64,000 nucleotides of DNA from an uncultured Alphaproteobacteria bacterium (lineage in GTDB: Bacteria > Pseudomonadota > Alphaproteobacteria > Methylaequorales > Methylaequoraceae): NCBI GenBank assembly GCA_902536655.1, contig CACAYF010000002.1:8693-72692 (forward strand), read 5' to 3'. The position numbers were made by a program, and so were the translations under genes. The notes under the pieces are model-generated. The model made no database searches, was not told where the DNA came from, and saw nothing but the letters and a program-made list of their open reading frames with translations. Positions 36,336-48,169 of this stretch are shown here, one piece after another. Every line of letters starts with the position of its first letter. The first letter of the stretch is position 1.

Positions 36336-36922
36336 GTACAAGTAAATTTAAAATTATTGCTGAAGAAACAACACAACCATTGGCATTCAACTTTAATAGT
36401 GAAAATCTTGCGAAAGCAAAAAAAATAATCAAAATGTATCCCACTAATTTCAAAGAAAGTTCAATAATGCCTCTTTTATCAATAGCACAATCACAAAACA
36501 ATGGTTGGCTTCCTAAAAAAGCTATTGAATATGTATCTAATTTCATAGAAGTTCCCGAGATCAAAGTACTTGAAATAGCAACATTCTATTCTATGTATAA
36601 TCTTTCACCAGTCGGAAAATTTCACATCGAAGTTTGCACGACTACACCTTGTATGTTGAGAGGATCAGATTCTATGGTTGATTTATGTAAAAAAAAATTG
36701 GGACTTGAAATTGGTGAAATAACTGAAGATGGTGTATTTTCCCTAGGTCGTGTTGAATGTCTTGGAGCTTGTGTTAATGCACCCGTAATAAAAATAAATG
36801 AGAATTATTATGAAGACTTAGATTTTGAAAGCCTAAATAAGCTACTTGACAGTCTCAAAATGAATAAAAAAGTAAAAATAGGTCCACAATCTAAGAGAAA
36901 AGGGTCGGAACCGGTTAGGTAA
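36332..36922 (+). CDS. nuoE: NADH-quinone oxidoreductase subunit E
   Basis: 24-kDa subunit pattern. 2Fe-2S cysteines in [11 protein letters not shown] and CLGACVNAP. Confidence 0.9.
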   Translation: MSTSKFKIIAEETTQPLAFNFNSENLAKAKKIIKMYPTNFKESSIMPLLSIAQSQNNGWLPKKAIEYVSNFIEVPEIKVLEIATFYSMYNLSPVGKFHIEVCTTTPCMLRGSDSMVDLCKKKLGLEIGEITEDGVFSLGRVECLGACVNAPVIKINENYYEDLDFESLNKLLDSLKMNKKVKIGPQSKRKGSEPVR

Positions 36923-36924
36923 TT

Positions 36925-38190
36925 ATGAAAAAAGAAAACATCATCTTTTCAAATCTCTATGGTAAACATGACGAATCAATTAAAGGCGCACTTAAAAGAG
37001 GTGACTGGAAAGACATAAGTAAAACTTTAAAATTGGATAAACAAGACATAATCAATAAAATAAAAGATTCTGGTCTTAGAGGTAGAGGAGGTGCGGGCTT
37101 TTCTACAGGAATGAAGTGGGACTTCATGCCAAAAATATCAGGTAGACAACACTATCTTGTGATTAATGCTGATGAAGGTGAACCAGGAACTTGTAAAGAC
37201 AGAGATATAATTAGAAATGAACCTCACAAGTTAGTTGAAGGATGCTTGATTTCAGGTTATGCAATCGGAGCTGACAAATGTTACATCTACATCAGAGGAG
37301 AGTTTTACAATGAAGCAAAAATTCTTCAAAAAGCAATTGATGATGCATACGAAAGAGGTTTTTTAGGTAAAAATATTCTAGGACTTAAAATTAATTTTGA
37401 TATCTATATTCACTATGGATCTGGAGCTTATGTTTGTGGTGAAGAAACTGCTCTAATCGAAAGTCTTGAGGGAAAAAAAGGTCAACCCAGACTAAAACCT
37501 CCCTTTCCTGCAAACGTCGGTGTTTTTGGCAAACCAACAACAGTAAACAATGTTGAAACAATTGCTGTAGTTCCAACTATACTCAGAAGGGGCCCTGAAT
37601 GGTTTTCCAATCTCGGAAGGAAAAATAATACTGGTTCTAAGATTTTTTGTATTTCAGGGAATGTAAACAGACCGTGTAACGTTGAAGAAGAACTAGGAGT
37701 TCCTTTAAAATATCTTGTTCAAAAGTATGCAGGAGATGTTATAGGCGGTTGGGACAATCTATTGGCCATAATCCCTGGTGGTTCTTCAGTACCCCTTTTA
37801 CCAAAGTCAGAATGTGAAAATGTCCTGATGGACTTTGATTCACTTAAAAACGCTGGCTCCGGGCTAGGAACTGGAGGCATAATTGTCATGAACAAACAAA
37901 CCGACGTCATTGGTGCAATTGCAAGACTTGCAGAATTTTATAAACACGAGTCCTGTGGTCAATGCACACCGTGCAGGGAAGGAACTGGATGGCTCATGAG
38001 AGTAATGAAAAGGTTAGAAAATAATGAATGCACATTTGAAGAAGTTGAGATGCTCGAAGAAGTAACCCACCAAATTGAAGGACATACCATATGTGCGCTT
38101 GGAGACGCGGCTGCATGGCCAATTCAAGGTTTACTAAAACACTTTAAAAAGGATATTTTAAAGAGAATTCAAAAGAAAAACGTAGCATGA
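36925..38190 (+). CDS. nuoF: NADH-quinone oxidoreductase subunit F
   Basis: [16 protein letters not shown] (FMN/NADH site), [12 protein letters not shown] (N3 cluster). Confidence 0.95.
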   Translation: MKKENIIFSNLYGKHDESIKGALKRGDWKDISKTLKLDKQDIINKIKDSGLRGRGGAGFSTGMKWDFMPKISGRQHYLVINADEGEPGTCKDRDIIRNEPHKLVEGCLISGYAIGADKCYIYIRGEFYNEAKILQKAIDDAYERGFLGKNILGLKINFDIYIHYGSGAYVCGEETALIESLEGKKGQPRLKPPFPANVGVFGKPTTVNNVETIAVVPTILRRGPEWFSNLGRKNNTGSKIFCISGNVNRPCNVEEELGVPLKYLVQKYAGDVIGGWDNLLAIIPGGSSVPLLPKSECENVLMDFDSLKNAGSGLGTGGIIVMNKQTDVIGAIARLAEFYKHESCGQCTPCREGTGWLMRVMKRLENNECTFEEVEMLEEVTHQIEGHTICALGDAAAWPIQGLLKHFKKDILKRIQKKNVA

Positions 38191-38191
38191 G

Positions 38192-40228
38192 ATGCCAAAA
38201 ATTTTTATAAATGACAAACCTATTGAGGTAGACGAAGGTATAACAGTTCTTCAAGCTTGTGAAATTGCAGGGATAGAGATCCCACGTTTTTGTTATCATG
38301 AAAGATTATCAATTGCAGGTAACTGCAGAATGTGTCTTGTTGAAATGGAAAACTCGACAAAACCCGTTGCATCTTGCGCGATGCCAGTAGCAGAAGGAAT
38401 GAATATAAAAACAAATTCAGAAATGGTTGAAAAGGCAAGAAAAGGTGTCATGGAATTCTTACTTATTAATCATCCACTAGATTGTCCAATCTGTGATCAA
38501 GGTGGAGAATGTGATTTGCAAGATCAAGCAATGGCCTATGGAAAAGGATTCAGCAGATTTGTCGAAAAAAAAAGAGCTGTAAAAGATAAACATTTAGGCC
38601 CATTAATCAAAACACATATGACGAGGTGCATACACTGCACAAGATGTGTTCGTTTTTCAGAAGAGGTGGCTGGTAACAATCAATTAGGTACTGTTGGAAG
38701 AGGAGAAGATACTGAAATAACGAGTTATTTAGAAAAAACTATTGATTCTGAGTTGTCAGGAAATGTTATTGATTTATGTCCGGTCGGTGCGCTTACCTCA
38801 AAACCGTATGCTTTTGTTGCAAGACCCTGGGAATTAAAAAAAACAAACAGTATTGATGTTTTCGATGCAGTTGGAAGTAACATAAGACTTGATTCCAAAG
38901 GCGACAAAATATTAAGAGTTCTTCCGAGAATTAATGAAGAAATCAATGAGGAATGGATTTCTGATAAAACTAGATTTGCCTACGACGGTTTGAACCATCA
39001 AAGGATCGACAGATTCTACCTACGTGACATTCATGGTGACATTCAGGAGAGTTCTGAAGAAACAATTCTTAAGCTTTTAAAGTCAAAGCTTTCTGAAATA
39101 GATAAAAAGAAAATTTTCTCTCTTTGTGGAAATCTATTAGATTGTGAATCAATATTTTCTTTTAAATCTTTCCTGAAAAAGATTAATTCTAATAATTTTG
39201 ACTGTAGACAAGATAACTCTTTCTTTATTCCTAACAAAAGATCTTCTTATCTCTTTAATAGTTCTATTTCTGGGATAGACGATTCAGATTTATGCATTAT
39301 CGTAGGTTCAGATCTTAGAAAGGAAGCCCCTATAATTGGAGCTAGACTTAGAAAAAAGTCTTTAGAGAAAGATAAAAACTACCCGGTAATAAGAATAGGA
39401 TACAAATACGATCTTTCAATAAATACAATTGAACTGGGAAATAGTTATTCTTCAATTCTTAATCTACAAAAAAATATTCATAAAAAATTAATAGCCAAAG
39501 CAAAAAAACCTCTATTTATTATTGGTCAAGGCCCCCTTTGCTCTCCCGAAGGTGAGGAAATCTTTAATTATTTACTAACTCTTCATAACAATTTTGTTAA
39601 GAAAAGTTCCTGGAATGGTTTTAATGTTCTTCAAAATTATTCAGGCAGAGTAGGAGCTTTAGATCTAGAATTTTATAATAAAAAAAATACTAAAAGAAAT
39701 AACATCAATGATATTTACAATGGAAAGTACAAAGTCTTGTATTTATTCGATGCTGACGAAATAGATTTTACTAAAATTCCAAAAGATACATTTGTAATTT
39801 ATCAAGGTCATCATGGTGATAAGGCAGTAAGCAGAGCAGATGTAATCATTCCAATGCCTTGCTTTACAGAAAAAGAAGGCATTTATGTCAACCTTGAGGG
39901 TCGTGCACAAATTAGTAGACAAGTTAAAATGCCAATTAGTAATGTTGATCATAGTTGTGATTTTTTTAACAAGCTATTAACAGAAATGGGTATTGAAAGT
40001 GAATACAATTCTTTTCATGATCTAAGAAATTTAATGTTCAATCAATATCCAAATTTAAAGAATATAAATGAATGCAAACCAGAGAAAATATTTAATGTAA
40101 GTAACAAAAGTAGAACTTTTAGTAAAAATGATATTTTATCAAATATTTCAAACTTTTACATGACTGATTCTGTAAGCAGAAATTCTCCTACTATGTCTTC
40201 TTGTTCGTTAGAGATTAATAACATATAA
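38192..40228 (+). CDS. nuoG: NADH-quinone oxidoreductase subunit G
   Basis: 678 aa. N-terminal 2Fe-2S CYHERLSIAGNCRMCLVE, HPLDCPICDQGGEC, CIHCTRCVRF. Confidence 0.95.
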   Translation: MPKIFINDKPIEVDEGITVLQACEIAGIEIPRFCYHERLSIAGNCRMCLVEMENSTKPVASCAMPVAEGMNIKTNSEMVEKARKGVMEFLLINHPLDCPICDQGGECDLQDQAMAYGKGFSRFVEKKRAVKDKHLGPLIKTHMTRCIHCTRCVRFSEEVAGNNQLGTVGRGEDTEITSYLEKTIDSELSGNVIDLCPVGALTSKPYAFVARPWELKKTNSIDVFDAVGSNIRLDSKGDKILRVLPRINEEINEEWISDKTRFAYDGLNHQRIDRFYLRDIHGDIQESSEETILKLLKSKLSEIDKKKIFSLCGNLLDCESIFSFKSFLKKINSNNFDCRQDNSFFIPNKRSSYLFNSSISGIDDSDLCIIVGSDLRKEAPIIGARLRKKSLEKDKNYPVIRIGYKYDLSINTIELGNSYSSILNLQKNIHKKLIAKAKKPLFIIGQGPLCSPEGEEIFNYLLTLHNNFVKKSSWNGFNVLQNYSGRVGALDLEFYNKKNTKRNNINDIYNGKYKVLYLFDADEIDFTKIPKDTFVIYQGHHGDKAVSRADVIIPMPCFTEKEGIYVNLEGRAQISRQVKMPISNVDHSCDFFNKLLTEMGIESEYNSFHDLRNLMFNQYPNLKNINECKPEKIFNVSNKSRTFSKNDILSNISNFYMTDSVSRNSPTMSSCSLEINNI

Positions 40229-40240
40229 AATTTTAATCAA

Positions 40241-41230
40241 ATGATTGCCGATATATTAATAATAATTTTAAAAATCATTCTAATAATTGTTCCACTTCTG
40301 ATATTTATTGCTTACTTAACTTATTTTGAGAGAAAAGTTATTGGTGCTATGCAGTTAAGAAAAGGTCCTAATGTAGTTGGCCCATTTGGACTAATGCAAC
40401 CTCTCGCAGACGGAATAAAATTACTTACTAAAGAAACAATTTTTCCCGACAATTCTAGTAAATTTTTATTTATTTTATCTCCTGTTTTAACTTTTGCGCT
40501 CGCACTTCTTGCATGGGCAGTTATACCTGTTGATTATAAAGTTGTTCTTTCAGATATAAATGTTGGATTAATGTATATATTCGCCATATCTTCTCTTGGA
40601 ATTTATGGAATTATTGTTGCTGGTTGGTCAAGCAATTCAAGGTATGCTTTTCTTGGTAGTTTAAGGTCAGCAGCACAAATGATTTCATATGAAGTTTCAA
40701 TTGGTTTAATAATTATTTCAGTTTTATTGTCATCAGGTAGTTTAAATCTAACTGACATTGTGATGGGCCAGCAGGAGATGTGGTATGTGATTCCTCATTT
40801 TCCAATGTTTATTATTTTCTTTATATCAACTCTTGCTGAAACCAATAGGGCTCCATTTGATCTACCCGAAGCTGAATCAGAGCTTGTTGCGGGTTATAAT
40901 GTCGAATATTCTTCAATGTCGTTTGGTCTGTTTTTCTTAGGAGAGTATGGAAATATGATTTTGATGAGTTCAATGTCAACTATACTTTTTCTTGGTGGTT
41001 GGTTGCCTCCTTTTGAATCTCAATACCTCGATTTAATTCCAGGATATATATGGTTTTTAGTTAAAGTTGTTTCATTATTATTTGTCTTCTTATGGGTTAG
41101 AGCTACTTTACCAAGATATAGATACGATCAATTAATGACATTGGGCTGGAAGTTATTTCTTCCTTTGTCGCTTCTATGGATTATAATAACATCATCATTT
41201 ATGTTTTTTGTGGAATATGTCAAAATTTAG
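40241..41230 (+). CDS. nuoH: NADH-quinone oxidoreductase subunit H
   Basis: [57 protein letters not shown]. Confidence 0.95.
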   Translation: MIADILIIILKIILIIVPLLIFIAYLTYFERKVIGAMQLRKGPNVVGPFGLMQPLADGIKLLTKETIFPDNSSKFLFILSPVLTFALALLAWAVIPVDYKVVLSDINVGLMYIFAISSLGIYGIIVAGWSSNSRYAFLGSLRSAAQMISYEVSIGLIIISVLLSSGSLNLTDIVMGQQEMWYVIPHFPMFIIFFISTLAETNRAPFDLPEAESELVAGYNVEYSSMSFGLFFLGEYGNMILMSSMSTILFLGGWLPPFESQYLDLIPGYIWFLVKVVSLLFVFLWVRATLPRYRYDQLMTLGWKLFLPLSLLWIIITSSFMFFVEYVKI

Positions 41231-41714
41231 AAAAATTATATTTATAATTAAAGAATTTCTACTTATTGAAATTTTATCAGGATTATTCTTAACCTTAAAG
41301 TATTTCTTTAAACCAAAAGTTACAATCAATTATCCATTTGAAAAAGGAGCTTTGAGTTCACGATTTAGAGGCGAGCATGTTTTAAGAAGATATGAGTCAG
41401 GAGAAGAAAGATGTATTGCATGTAAACTTTGCGAAGCAGTTTGTCCAGCACAGGCCATAATAATAGAAGCTGAACCGAGAGAAGACGGATCTAGACGAAC
41501 AACAAGATATGATATCGATATGACAAAATGTATTTATTGTGGTTACTGTCAAGAATCATGTCCTGTAGACGCTATTGTCGAAGGCCCTAATTACGAATTT
41601 GCGACTGAAACACGCGAAGAATTAATTTATGATAAAGAAAAATTATTAGAAAATGGTGACAAATGGGAGGTGGAAATTGCGAGGAACTTAGAAAAAGAAT
41701 CTAAATACTTATGA
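41217..41714 (+). CDS. nuoI: NADH-quinone oxidoreductase subunit I
   Basis: Two 4Fe-4S motifs, [12 protein letters not shown] and [12 protein letters not shown], plus [16 protein letters not shown]. The start may instead be ATG 41208. Confidence 0.9.
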   Translation: MSKFRKIIFIIKEFLLIEILSGLFLTLKYFFKPKVTINYPFEKGALSSRFRGEHVLRRYESGEERCIACKLCEAVCPAQAIIIEAEPREDGSRRTTRYDIDMTKCIYCGYCQESCPVDAIVEGPNYEFATETREELIYDKEKLLENGDKWEVEIARNLEKESKYL

Positions 41715-42295
41715 CTACAACATTATTTTATATCTTTTCGACTGTAACTATCTTATCAAGTTTCTTTGTAGTTTTTTCTTCAAATCCAGTTCATTCAGTT
41801 CTTTTTTTAATCTTTTCCTTTTTTAATGTGGCAGTAATTTTTTTGCTTTCTGATGCTGAATTTATAGCTATGACATTGGTCATTGTCTACGTTGGAGCAG
41901 TTGCTGTTCTCTTTTTATTTGTAGTAATGATGCTAAATATTAATGAAGTCTTAGTTAAAGAGGGTTTTTTAAAATATTTTCCTCTCGGGTTACTTCTAAT
42001 GTCTGTTTTTTTAACGGAGTTGATTGTAGTTTTTAAAGATTTAGAGTTTATTAGAGGTAATAACTCAGGGATAAGCATTAGTAATTTATTGGATCAAGGT
42101 CAAGAGAACACAAAATCCATAGGACTTTTTTTATATACTGATTTTTTCATTATTTTTCAGATCTCTGGTTATTTATTATTAGTTGCCATGATAGGAGCTA
42201 TTGTTCTTGCATATGATAATCAATTAAGCGTAAAATCACAAAGTATTTTAAAGCAAAAACAAGTAAAGAAAGATGATATAATCAAACTAAAGTAA
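41711..42295 (+). CDS. nuoJ: NADH-quinone oxidoreductase subunit J
   Basis: 194 aa, 5 TM segments. [11 protein letters not shown] and [17 protein letters not shown]. Confidence 0.85.
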   Translation: MTTTLFYIFSTVTILSSFFVVFSSNPVHSVLFLIFSFFNVAVIFLLSDAEFIAMTLVIVYVGAVAVLFLFVVMMLNINEVLVKEGFLKYFPLGLLLMSVFLTELIVVFKDLEFIRGNNSGISISNLLDQGQENTKSIGLFLYTDFFIIFQISGYLLLVAMIGAIVLAYDNQLSVKSQSILKQKQVKKDDIIKLK

Positions 42296-42299
42296 TTTA

Positions 42300-42602
42300 A
42301 TGACATCTGCAAATTATCTAATCTTATCTTCAATAATATTTTCAATTGGCTTTCTTGGAATTTTCATAAATAGAAAAAATATAATATCAATTTTAATGTC
42401 AATAGAACTTATGCTTTTAGCTACAAATATAAATTTTGTTGGATTTTCAAATACTCTAGACGACTTGTTTGGACAAATATTTGCTTTGTTTGTCCTGGTA
42501 GTTGCTGCCGCTGAGGCAGCGATCGGCCTGGCCATATTAACAATTTTTTTTAAAAAATCTGGGTCGATAAGTATTGACACAATAAATAAATTAAAAGGAT
42601 AA
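42300..42602 (+). CDS. nuoK: NADH-quinone oxidoreductase subunit K
   Basis: 100 aa, 3 TM segments. [10 protein letters not shown] and [12 protein letters not shown]. Confidence 0.9.
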   Translation: MTSANYLILSSIIFSIGFLGIFINRKNIISILMSIELMLLATNINFVGFSNTLDDLFGQIFALFVLVVAAAEAAIGLAILTIFFKKSGSISIDTINKLKG

Positions 42603-42606
42603 ATAT

Positions 42607-44529
42607 TTGTTTTTATTGTCAATATTTCTTCCATTATTAAGTTATTTTGTTTGTATTTTTTTAAACAAACTTGTTAAAGATAAAACCTTAAATTTTGTTT
42701 CATGCGGATTAATGGTTTTATCTACTATTTGTTCAATTTTGGCATTTATTTTTTTCTATTTAAATGGTGAAAAAAGTTTAGTAATAACGAACTGGATTTC
42801 TTCAGGAAGTTTGAACGTTGATTGGTCATTAAATTTAAATCTTTTGACAGCAACAATGATAATAATGGTAAATTTTGTCTCTACAATGATTCACGTTTAC
42901 TCCGTTGGTTATATGTCAAAAGATCCTCGTAGAATAATATTTATGGGATATCTTGGTTTGTTCACTTTTTTTATGCTTTTTCTTGTTTCTTCCTCAAATT
43001 TAATTCAGCTTTTTGTTGGATGGGAAGGCGTTGGATTGACCTCTTATTTACTAATTGGTTTTTGGAGCCATAAGGATGAAGCTAATAAGGCATCTTTAAA
43101 AGCTTTCGTTGCGAATAGAGTTGGCGATTTTGGGTTGTTAATTTCTCTATTTACAATTTTTATTGTCTTTGGGACAATAAATATAAATGAAATTTTACTA
43201 TTGGTGAATTCTCATAGTCAATCCTATTTCAATTTTTTTGGATTTCAAGTTCACTCCATAACCCTTATTGTTGTCACAATGTTTGTTGGTTGCATGGGAA
43301 AGTCTGCTCAATTTGGACTACATGTATGGCTTCCAGATGCCATGGAAGGTCCAACACCAGTTTCGGCACTTATTCATGCAGCAACAATGGTAACAGCCGG
43401 TGTTTTTCTCCTAATTCTTATGTCTCCTCTAATTGAAACCTCCAAGTTTTCTCAAAATTTAATTCTGTTAGTAGGCACAATAACATGTTTATTTGCTTCT
43501 TGTGTTGCAATTTTCCAAAATGATATAAAACGCATTATTGCTTATTCAACTTGCAGTCAGCTGGGTTACATGTTTATGGCTATTGGTGTTTCCGCTTATT
43601 CGGTGGCGTATTTTCATCTCCTTTCCCATGCCTTCTTTAAGGCTCTCTTGTTTTTGGGGGCAGGCTCAGTTATTCATAGCATGTCCGATGAGCAAGATAT
43701 AAAAAAAATGGGTGGAATTTATAATAGAATTCCATTGACTTATACTTCAGTGTTAATTGGATCTCTTGCATTGATGGGACTGCCTTTTTTAAGTGGATAT
43801 TTTTCAAAAGATTTGATTTTAGAGTTTATTTATTTATCAGATAGTGATTTTAAAATTTTTGCATTCGGGATTGGTATTTTTGGGGTCTTTCTGACATCTC
43901 TTTACTCGTCAAGATTGTTAATCAGGGTTTTTCATGGAGAAAATAATTCTGATGAAAAAGTTTATGCTCACATTCATGAATCTCCGATGATAATGTTAGT
44001 ACCTGTAGTTATTTTAGCTTTTTTTTCTATTTTCTTTGGGATGATTTTTCATAATTTTTTTGCTGGTCCTTCGATAGAAACAATATGGTCAAAATTTATG
44101 TTTGTTGATTCTGAAATACATCAAGCATATTCTATTGGAAGCGTTCCGAAATTAATAAAAAAGCTTCCTCTAATAATGATTTTTTTTAGCGTAACTGTAG
44201 TATTATTATTTTATTTTAAATTTTCACGAACTATGCAAATGTTAAAAGAAAAGTTAAGATTCTTTGTAAAGTTTTTTCATAACAAATGCTATATCGATGA
44301 ATTGTATGAAATAATAATAATTAAACCAAGCTATTACTTAGGAAGAGGTTTTTGGAAATCAATTGATAACGACTTAATAGACAATCTGGGGCCAAATGGC
44401 ATTTCAAGATTTGTAAGTTCCCTTGGAATCAAAGTTTCTAAGCTTCAGTCAGGTTATCTTTATCACTATGTGTTATCAGTTGTTATAGGTTTAACTTTAT
44501 TTATTAGCATATATATTTATATTTTTTAA
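42607..44529 (+). CDS. nuoL: NADH-quinone oxidoreductase subunit L
   Basis: 640 aa antiporter-like subunit. GWEGVGLTSYLLIGFW, WLPDAMEGPTPVSALIHAATMVTAG. TTG start. Confidence 0.9.
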   Translation: MFLLSIFLPLLSYFVCIFLNKLVKDKTLNFVSCGLMVLSTICSILAFIFFYLNGEKSLVITNWISSGSLNVDWSLNLNLLTATMIIMVNFVSTMIHVYSVGYMSKDPRRIIFMGYLGLFTFFMLFLVSSSNLIQLFVGWEGVGLTSYLLIGFWSHKDEANKASLKAFVANRVGDFGLLISLFTIFIVFGTININEILLLVNSHSQSYFNFFGFQVHSITLIVVTMFVGCMGKSAQFGLHVWLPDAMEGPTPVSALIHAATMVTAGVFLLILMSPLIETSKFSQNLILLVGTITCLFASCVAIFQNDIKRIIAYSTCSQLGYMFMAIGVSAYSVAYFHLLSHAFFKALLFLGAGSVIHSMSDEQDIKKMGGIYNRIPLTYTSVLIGSLALMGLPFLSGYFSKDLILEFIYLSDSDFKIFAFGIGIFGVFLTSLYSSRLLIRVFHGENNSDEKVYAHIHESPMIMLVPVVILAFFSIFFGMIFHNFFAGPSIETIWSKFMFVDSEIHQAYSIGSVPKLIKKLPLIMIFFSVTVVLLFYFKFSRTMQMLKEKLRFFVKFFHNKCYIDELYEIIIIKPSYYLGRGFWKSIDNDLIDNLGPNGISRFVSSLGIKVSKLQSGYLYHYVLSVVIGLTLFISIYIYIF

Positions 44530-46010
44530 TGATAAGCCTTCCAATACTTCCAATTTTAATTGCACTTCCATTAATTGGTTTAGTCTTTATTTTTTTATCA
44601 TCAGAAAATGATGAAAAAGCAGAACAATCAAAAAAATCTGCTCTTTGGACTAGTACAAGCAATTTCTTTTTATCTCTTTATCTTCCAATAAACTTTGATA
44701 AATCTATCCCCCATTTTCAATTTGTTAATTCTTTCTCATGGTTTAATAACGATAGTCTAAGGTTTTCTCTTGGTGTTGACGGATTATCAATGCCTTTCAT
44801 AGTTTTATCTACTTTTTTAATTTTAGCATGTATTATTTTTATTTTGCCGCAAGCTAAGAAAAATATGAAGATGTATCTTGCTTCTTTCTTAGTTCTAGAA
44901 TCATTTTTGATAGGAACCTTCAGTGCACTAGATTTGTTTTCCTTTTACATTTTTTTTGAATCTATTTTAATCCCAATGTATTTAATAATAGGCTTTTGGG
45001 GTGGAGAAAGAAGAGTTTATTCTGCATATAAATTTTTTCTTTATACTCTTTTAGGGTCAGTATTAATGCTAATTGCCATAATATTCCTTTATCAAGAGTT
45101 TGGTACCATTAGTATCCCAAAACTTTTAGACTATACACTTCCGTTTTATATTCAAATATGGTTGTGGATTGCCTTCTTTTCATCATTTGCTATAAAAATA
45201 CCTATGTGGCCTTTTCATACCTGGCTTCCAGATGCTCATGTTGAAGCTCCAACAGAGGGATCAGTAATTCTAGCTGGAATTCTTTTAAAACTTGGTGGAT
45301 ATGGCTTTATAAGATTTAATTTATCAATACTTCCAGATGCGTCTATATTTTTCACACCTTTTATTTACTTTTTATCAATTGTAGCAATTATTTATACTTC
45401 ATATATCGCTCTTGTTCAGGAGGATATGAAAAAATTAATTGCATATTCGTCAGTTGCACACATGGGGTTTGTAACCCTTGGTATTTTTTCAGCAAATATT
45501 CAGGGACTTCACGGAGCAATAATTCAAATGATATCACATGGTATTATTTCAGCGGCATTATTTTTTTCTATTGGAAGCATATATAATAGATATAAAACTA
45601 AAAGAATAGATTTTTTTGGGGGGTTAAATTTAAAGTTACCCAAATTTTCAGTAGTCTTTCTTATTTTTACTCTTGGCTCAATAGGTTTACCTGGAACATC
45701 AGGTTTTGTTGGTGAATATTTAACACTATTAGCGGTTTACAGTAAAAACACTATCGTGGCTTTTATTTCTACTATAGGTGTAATACTCTCAGCTTCATAT
45801 ATGCTTAAGCTTTATAAAAGAGTTTTTCTTGGTGGTTTAAGTAAGAATTTAGATAATAAAAATGATGATATTAATATCTACGAGTTATGTTTATATATTG
45901 TTTTAGTGTTACTCATTTTCATTATTGGTGTTAAACCCGGTTTGATTTTAAGTTACACTACCTCATCATTAGAAAGAATAATACAGTTATACCCTATTTC
46001 AATTTTTTAA
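44529..46010 (+). CDS. nuoM: NADH-quinone oxidoreductase subunit M
   Basis: 493 aa. FYIFFESILIPMYLIIG.WGG, HTWLPDAHVEAPT.GSVILAG.LLK.G.YG. Confidence 0.9.
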   Translation: MISLPILPILIALPLIGLVFIFLSSENDEKAEQSKKSALWTSTSNFFLSLYLPINFDKSIPHFQFVNSFSWFNNDSLRFSLGVDGLSMPFIVLSTFLILACIIFILPQAKKNMKMYLASFLVLESFLIGTFSALDLFSFYIFFESILIPMYLIIGFWGGERRVYSAYKFFLYTLLGSVLMLIAIIFLYQEFGTISIPKLLDYTLPFYIQIWLWIAFFSSFAIKIPMWPFHTWLPDAHVEAPTEGSVILAGILLKLGGYGFIRFNLSILPDASIFFTPFIYFLSIVAIIYTSYIALVQEDMKKLIAYSSVAHMGFVTLGIFSANIQGLHGAIIQMISHGIISAALFFSIGSIYNRYKTKRIDFFGGLNLKLPKFSVVFLIFTLGSIGLPGTSGFVGEYLTLLAVYSKNTIVAFISTIGVILSASYMLKLYKRVFLGGLSKNLDNKNDDINIYELCLYIVLVLLIFIIGVKPGLILSYTTSSLERIIQLYPISIF

Positions 46011-46020
46011 AGAGAAGAAC

Positions 46021-47448
46021 TTGTTTGTAATACCAGAAATATTTTTAGCTATTTGCGCAGTTGTTATTTTATTCATAACTCCTTTTTTAAAAAAAAATAG
46101 TTATTTGACCATTTCATATTTAAGTCTTTTAGTGATTTTGTTATCACAATTCTTAATTTTAAAAGATATATTTTATTCAGAGATAATTTTTAATGGTTTC
46201 TTCATTGTTGATTCCTTTGGTTCTTTTCTTAAATCACTAATATTAATAGGAGCTGGTTTAATATTTTACTTTTATCTCACTGTTAATAACCCAAAATCAC
46301 TTAAAAGACCTGAGTTTGCAATTATTCTTTTAATATCAATTGTTGGTATGCTTTTGATGATTTCATCAAATGATCTGTTATCTCTTTTTATGTCAATGGA
46401 GCTTCAAAGTCTTTCTCTATACATTTTAGTTTCGTTTAGTAGGGATGATTTTACATCTTCAGAAGCTGGTGTGAAATATTTTATAATTGGAAGTTTATCT
46501 ACATGTATATTTTTATTTGGAACCAGTCTTGTATATGGTTTGGTGGGTTCTACAAGTTTTAACGAAATAAGCGTGTTTATGTCTAACCTTTACTCAACTC
46601 CAACAATGTTAATAGTTGGTTTAATTTTTATTCTTGTTTCATTGTCCCTTAAAATTTCTGCTGCTCCATTTCATATGTGGACGCCTGATGTTTATCAAGG
46701 TGCTCCCTCAATAATAACAACATTACTTTCTACCCTTCCAAAAATTGCCGCCTTTGGAGTATTGATTAGATTGCTAGTATATCCCTTTGGAGAAATAATA
46801 GTTGATTGGGGCAAAATCTTAATCATCCTTTCGATATCTTCAATGCTAATTGGATCTTTAGGTGCATTAAGACAAACTGATTTAAAAAGATTAATGGCCT
46901 ATAGTACTATTAATCATATTGGTTTCATTTTGATGGGTTTAATACCTGGGTCAGAGGATGGAATTACATCTATTTGCATATATTTGATATTTTACATCAC
47001 AATGAATTTGGGTATTTTCTTATTTATTTTAAATATGCAAAGAGATCAAGTCAGTGTCACATCTATAAAAGATCTTTCAGGATTATATCGCTCACAACCA
47101 CTAACAGCAGGATGTATTTCAGTAATATTATTTTCAATGGCAGGTATTCCACCAATGGCAGGTTTTATAGGTAAGCTTATCATACTTAATATCGTTATTG
47201 ACAATAATCTGTTTTTCTTGGCTGTAATTGCAGTTATTACCTCAGTGATTGCAGCTTTTTATTATATCAGATTAATTAAGTCTATTTTTTTTGATGATCC
47301 TTTAGAGGAGTTAGATAATATAGGTAGTGATCATTCAAAATATATGTTGTGTGGTTTTGCGTTCTTTAATTTAACCGTAGTTTTTTATCCTCAATTTTTT
47401 TTAAATTTGTGTGCCTCGGTAACTTTGTCTCTTTTTGCGGTAAAGTGA
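46021..47448 (+). CDS. nuoN: NADH-quinone oxidoreductase subunit N
   Basis: 475 aa. MELQSLSLY, KYFI.GS, APFHMWTPDVYQGAP. TTG start. Confidence 0.9.
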   Translation: MFVIPEIFLAICAVVILFITPFLKKNSYLTISYLSLLVILLSQFLILKDIFYSEIIFNGFFIVDSFGSFLKSLILIGAGLIFYFYLTVNNPKSLKRPEFAIILLISIVGMLLMISSNDLLSLFMSMELQSLSLYILVSFSRDDFTSSEAGVKYFIIGSLSTCIFLFGTSLVYGLVGSTSFNEISVFMSNLYSTPTMLIVGLIFILVSLSLKISAAPFHMWTPDVYQGAPSIITTLLSTLPKIAAFGVLIRLLVYPFGEIIVDWGKILIILSISSMLIGSLGALRQTDLKRLMAYSTINHIGFILMGLIPGSEDGITSICIYLIFYITMNLGIFLFILNMQRDQVSVTSIKDLSGLYRSQPLTAGCISVILFSMAGIPPMAGFIGKLIILNIVIDNNLFFLAVIAVITSVIAAFYYIRLIKSIFFDDPLEELDNIGSDHSKYMLCGFAFFNLTVVFYPQFFLNLCASVTLSLFAVK

Positions 47449-47449
47449 T

Positions 47450-48169
47450 ATGGATACGAGGTTTTTTGATCTTTACTTTTTTAAAAATCTTGAAAATTCA
47501 AATGATAAAATTAAAGAGGTTGTTAAGAATAATGATAATAAAAATTTAGCACTTTTATGTTTAAATCAGAAGAAAGGAAGAGGCAGAAAAGGTAGAGTTT
47601 GGAAAAGTAAAGAAGGTGATCTTACATGTTCAATTTTAATAAAAAAAAAATTAGATATCTCTGAAGTTGGAAGAATAAATATTATAATTGTTTCAATACT
47701 TATTAATATATTTAAAGATTTAGGTATAGACACGGTTAAATTTAAATGGCCAAATGATATCATAATCAATAAAAGAAAAGTTGCTGGAATTTTGGTTGAA
47801 ACAAGTGTTTCAAATAATGCTGTTACTCAACTTGTAATAGGTATTGGAGTAAACATAAAATCATGGTCAAATGATTTAAATCATTCCTCAACCTCCCTAT
47901 TTGAAAACGGATTGAAGATAGAAGCACATAAACTATTTTTTTGTATTATTAAAAGATTATATTTCTTCATTGAAAATTACTCAAAAATTGAGTTTTTGCT
48001 TCTAAGTAAAAAATTGTCAGACTGTTTTTTTGATAAAAAGTCATTAATAAACGTTTACAATGGAAAAAATAAAAGTGTTGGATTTTTTTCAGAAATTGGG
48101 TCTTTGGGCGAATTGATTATTAAAAGTAACAATAAAAAATTAATTATAACCTATGGTGAGATCGTTTAA
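47450..48169 (+). CDS. birA: biotin--[acetyl-CoA-carboxylase] ligase, group I (no N-terminal DNA-binding domain)
   Basis: 239 aa. GRGRKGRVWKS biotin-binding loop, KWPNDI, KVAGILVE. Too short to carry a winged-helix repressor domain. Confidence 0.85.
   Translation: MDTRFFDLYFFKNLENSNDKIKEVVKNNDNKNLALLCLNQKKGRGRKGRVWKSKEGDLTCSILIKKKLDISEVGRINIIIVSILINIFKDLGIDTVKFKWPNDIIINKRKVAGILVETSVSNNAVTQLVIGIGVNIKSWSNDLNHSSTSLFENGLKIEAHKLFFCIIKRLYFFIENYSKIEFLLLSKKLSDCFFDKKSLINVYNGKNKSVGFFSEIGSLGELIIKSNNKKLIITYGEIV

Noticed and set aside
33938-42634. Numerous 60-106 aa ORFs antisense to nuo genes in the ORF track (e.g. 33938-34120, 35188-35376, 35485-35736, 36292-36564, 37391-37576, 37719-37910, 38220-38438, 38725-38946, 39043-39237, 39743-39952, 41887-42078, 42314-42634)
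   Set aside because: All lie fully inside strongly supported nuo genes on the opposite strand. They have low-complexity or odd composition and no motifs. These are typical shadow ORFs.
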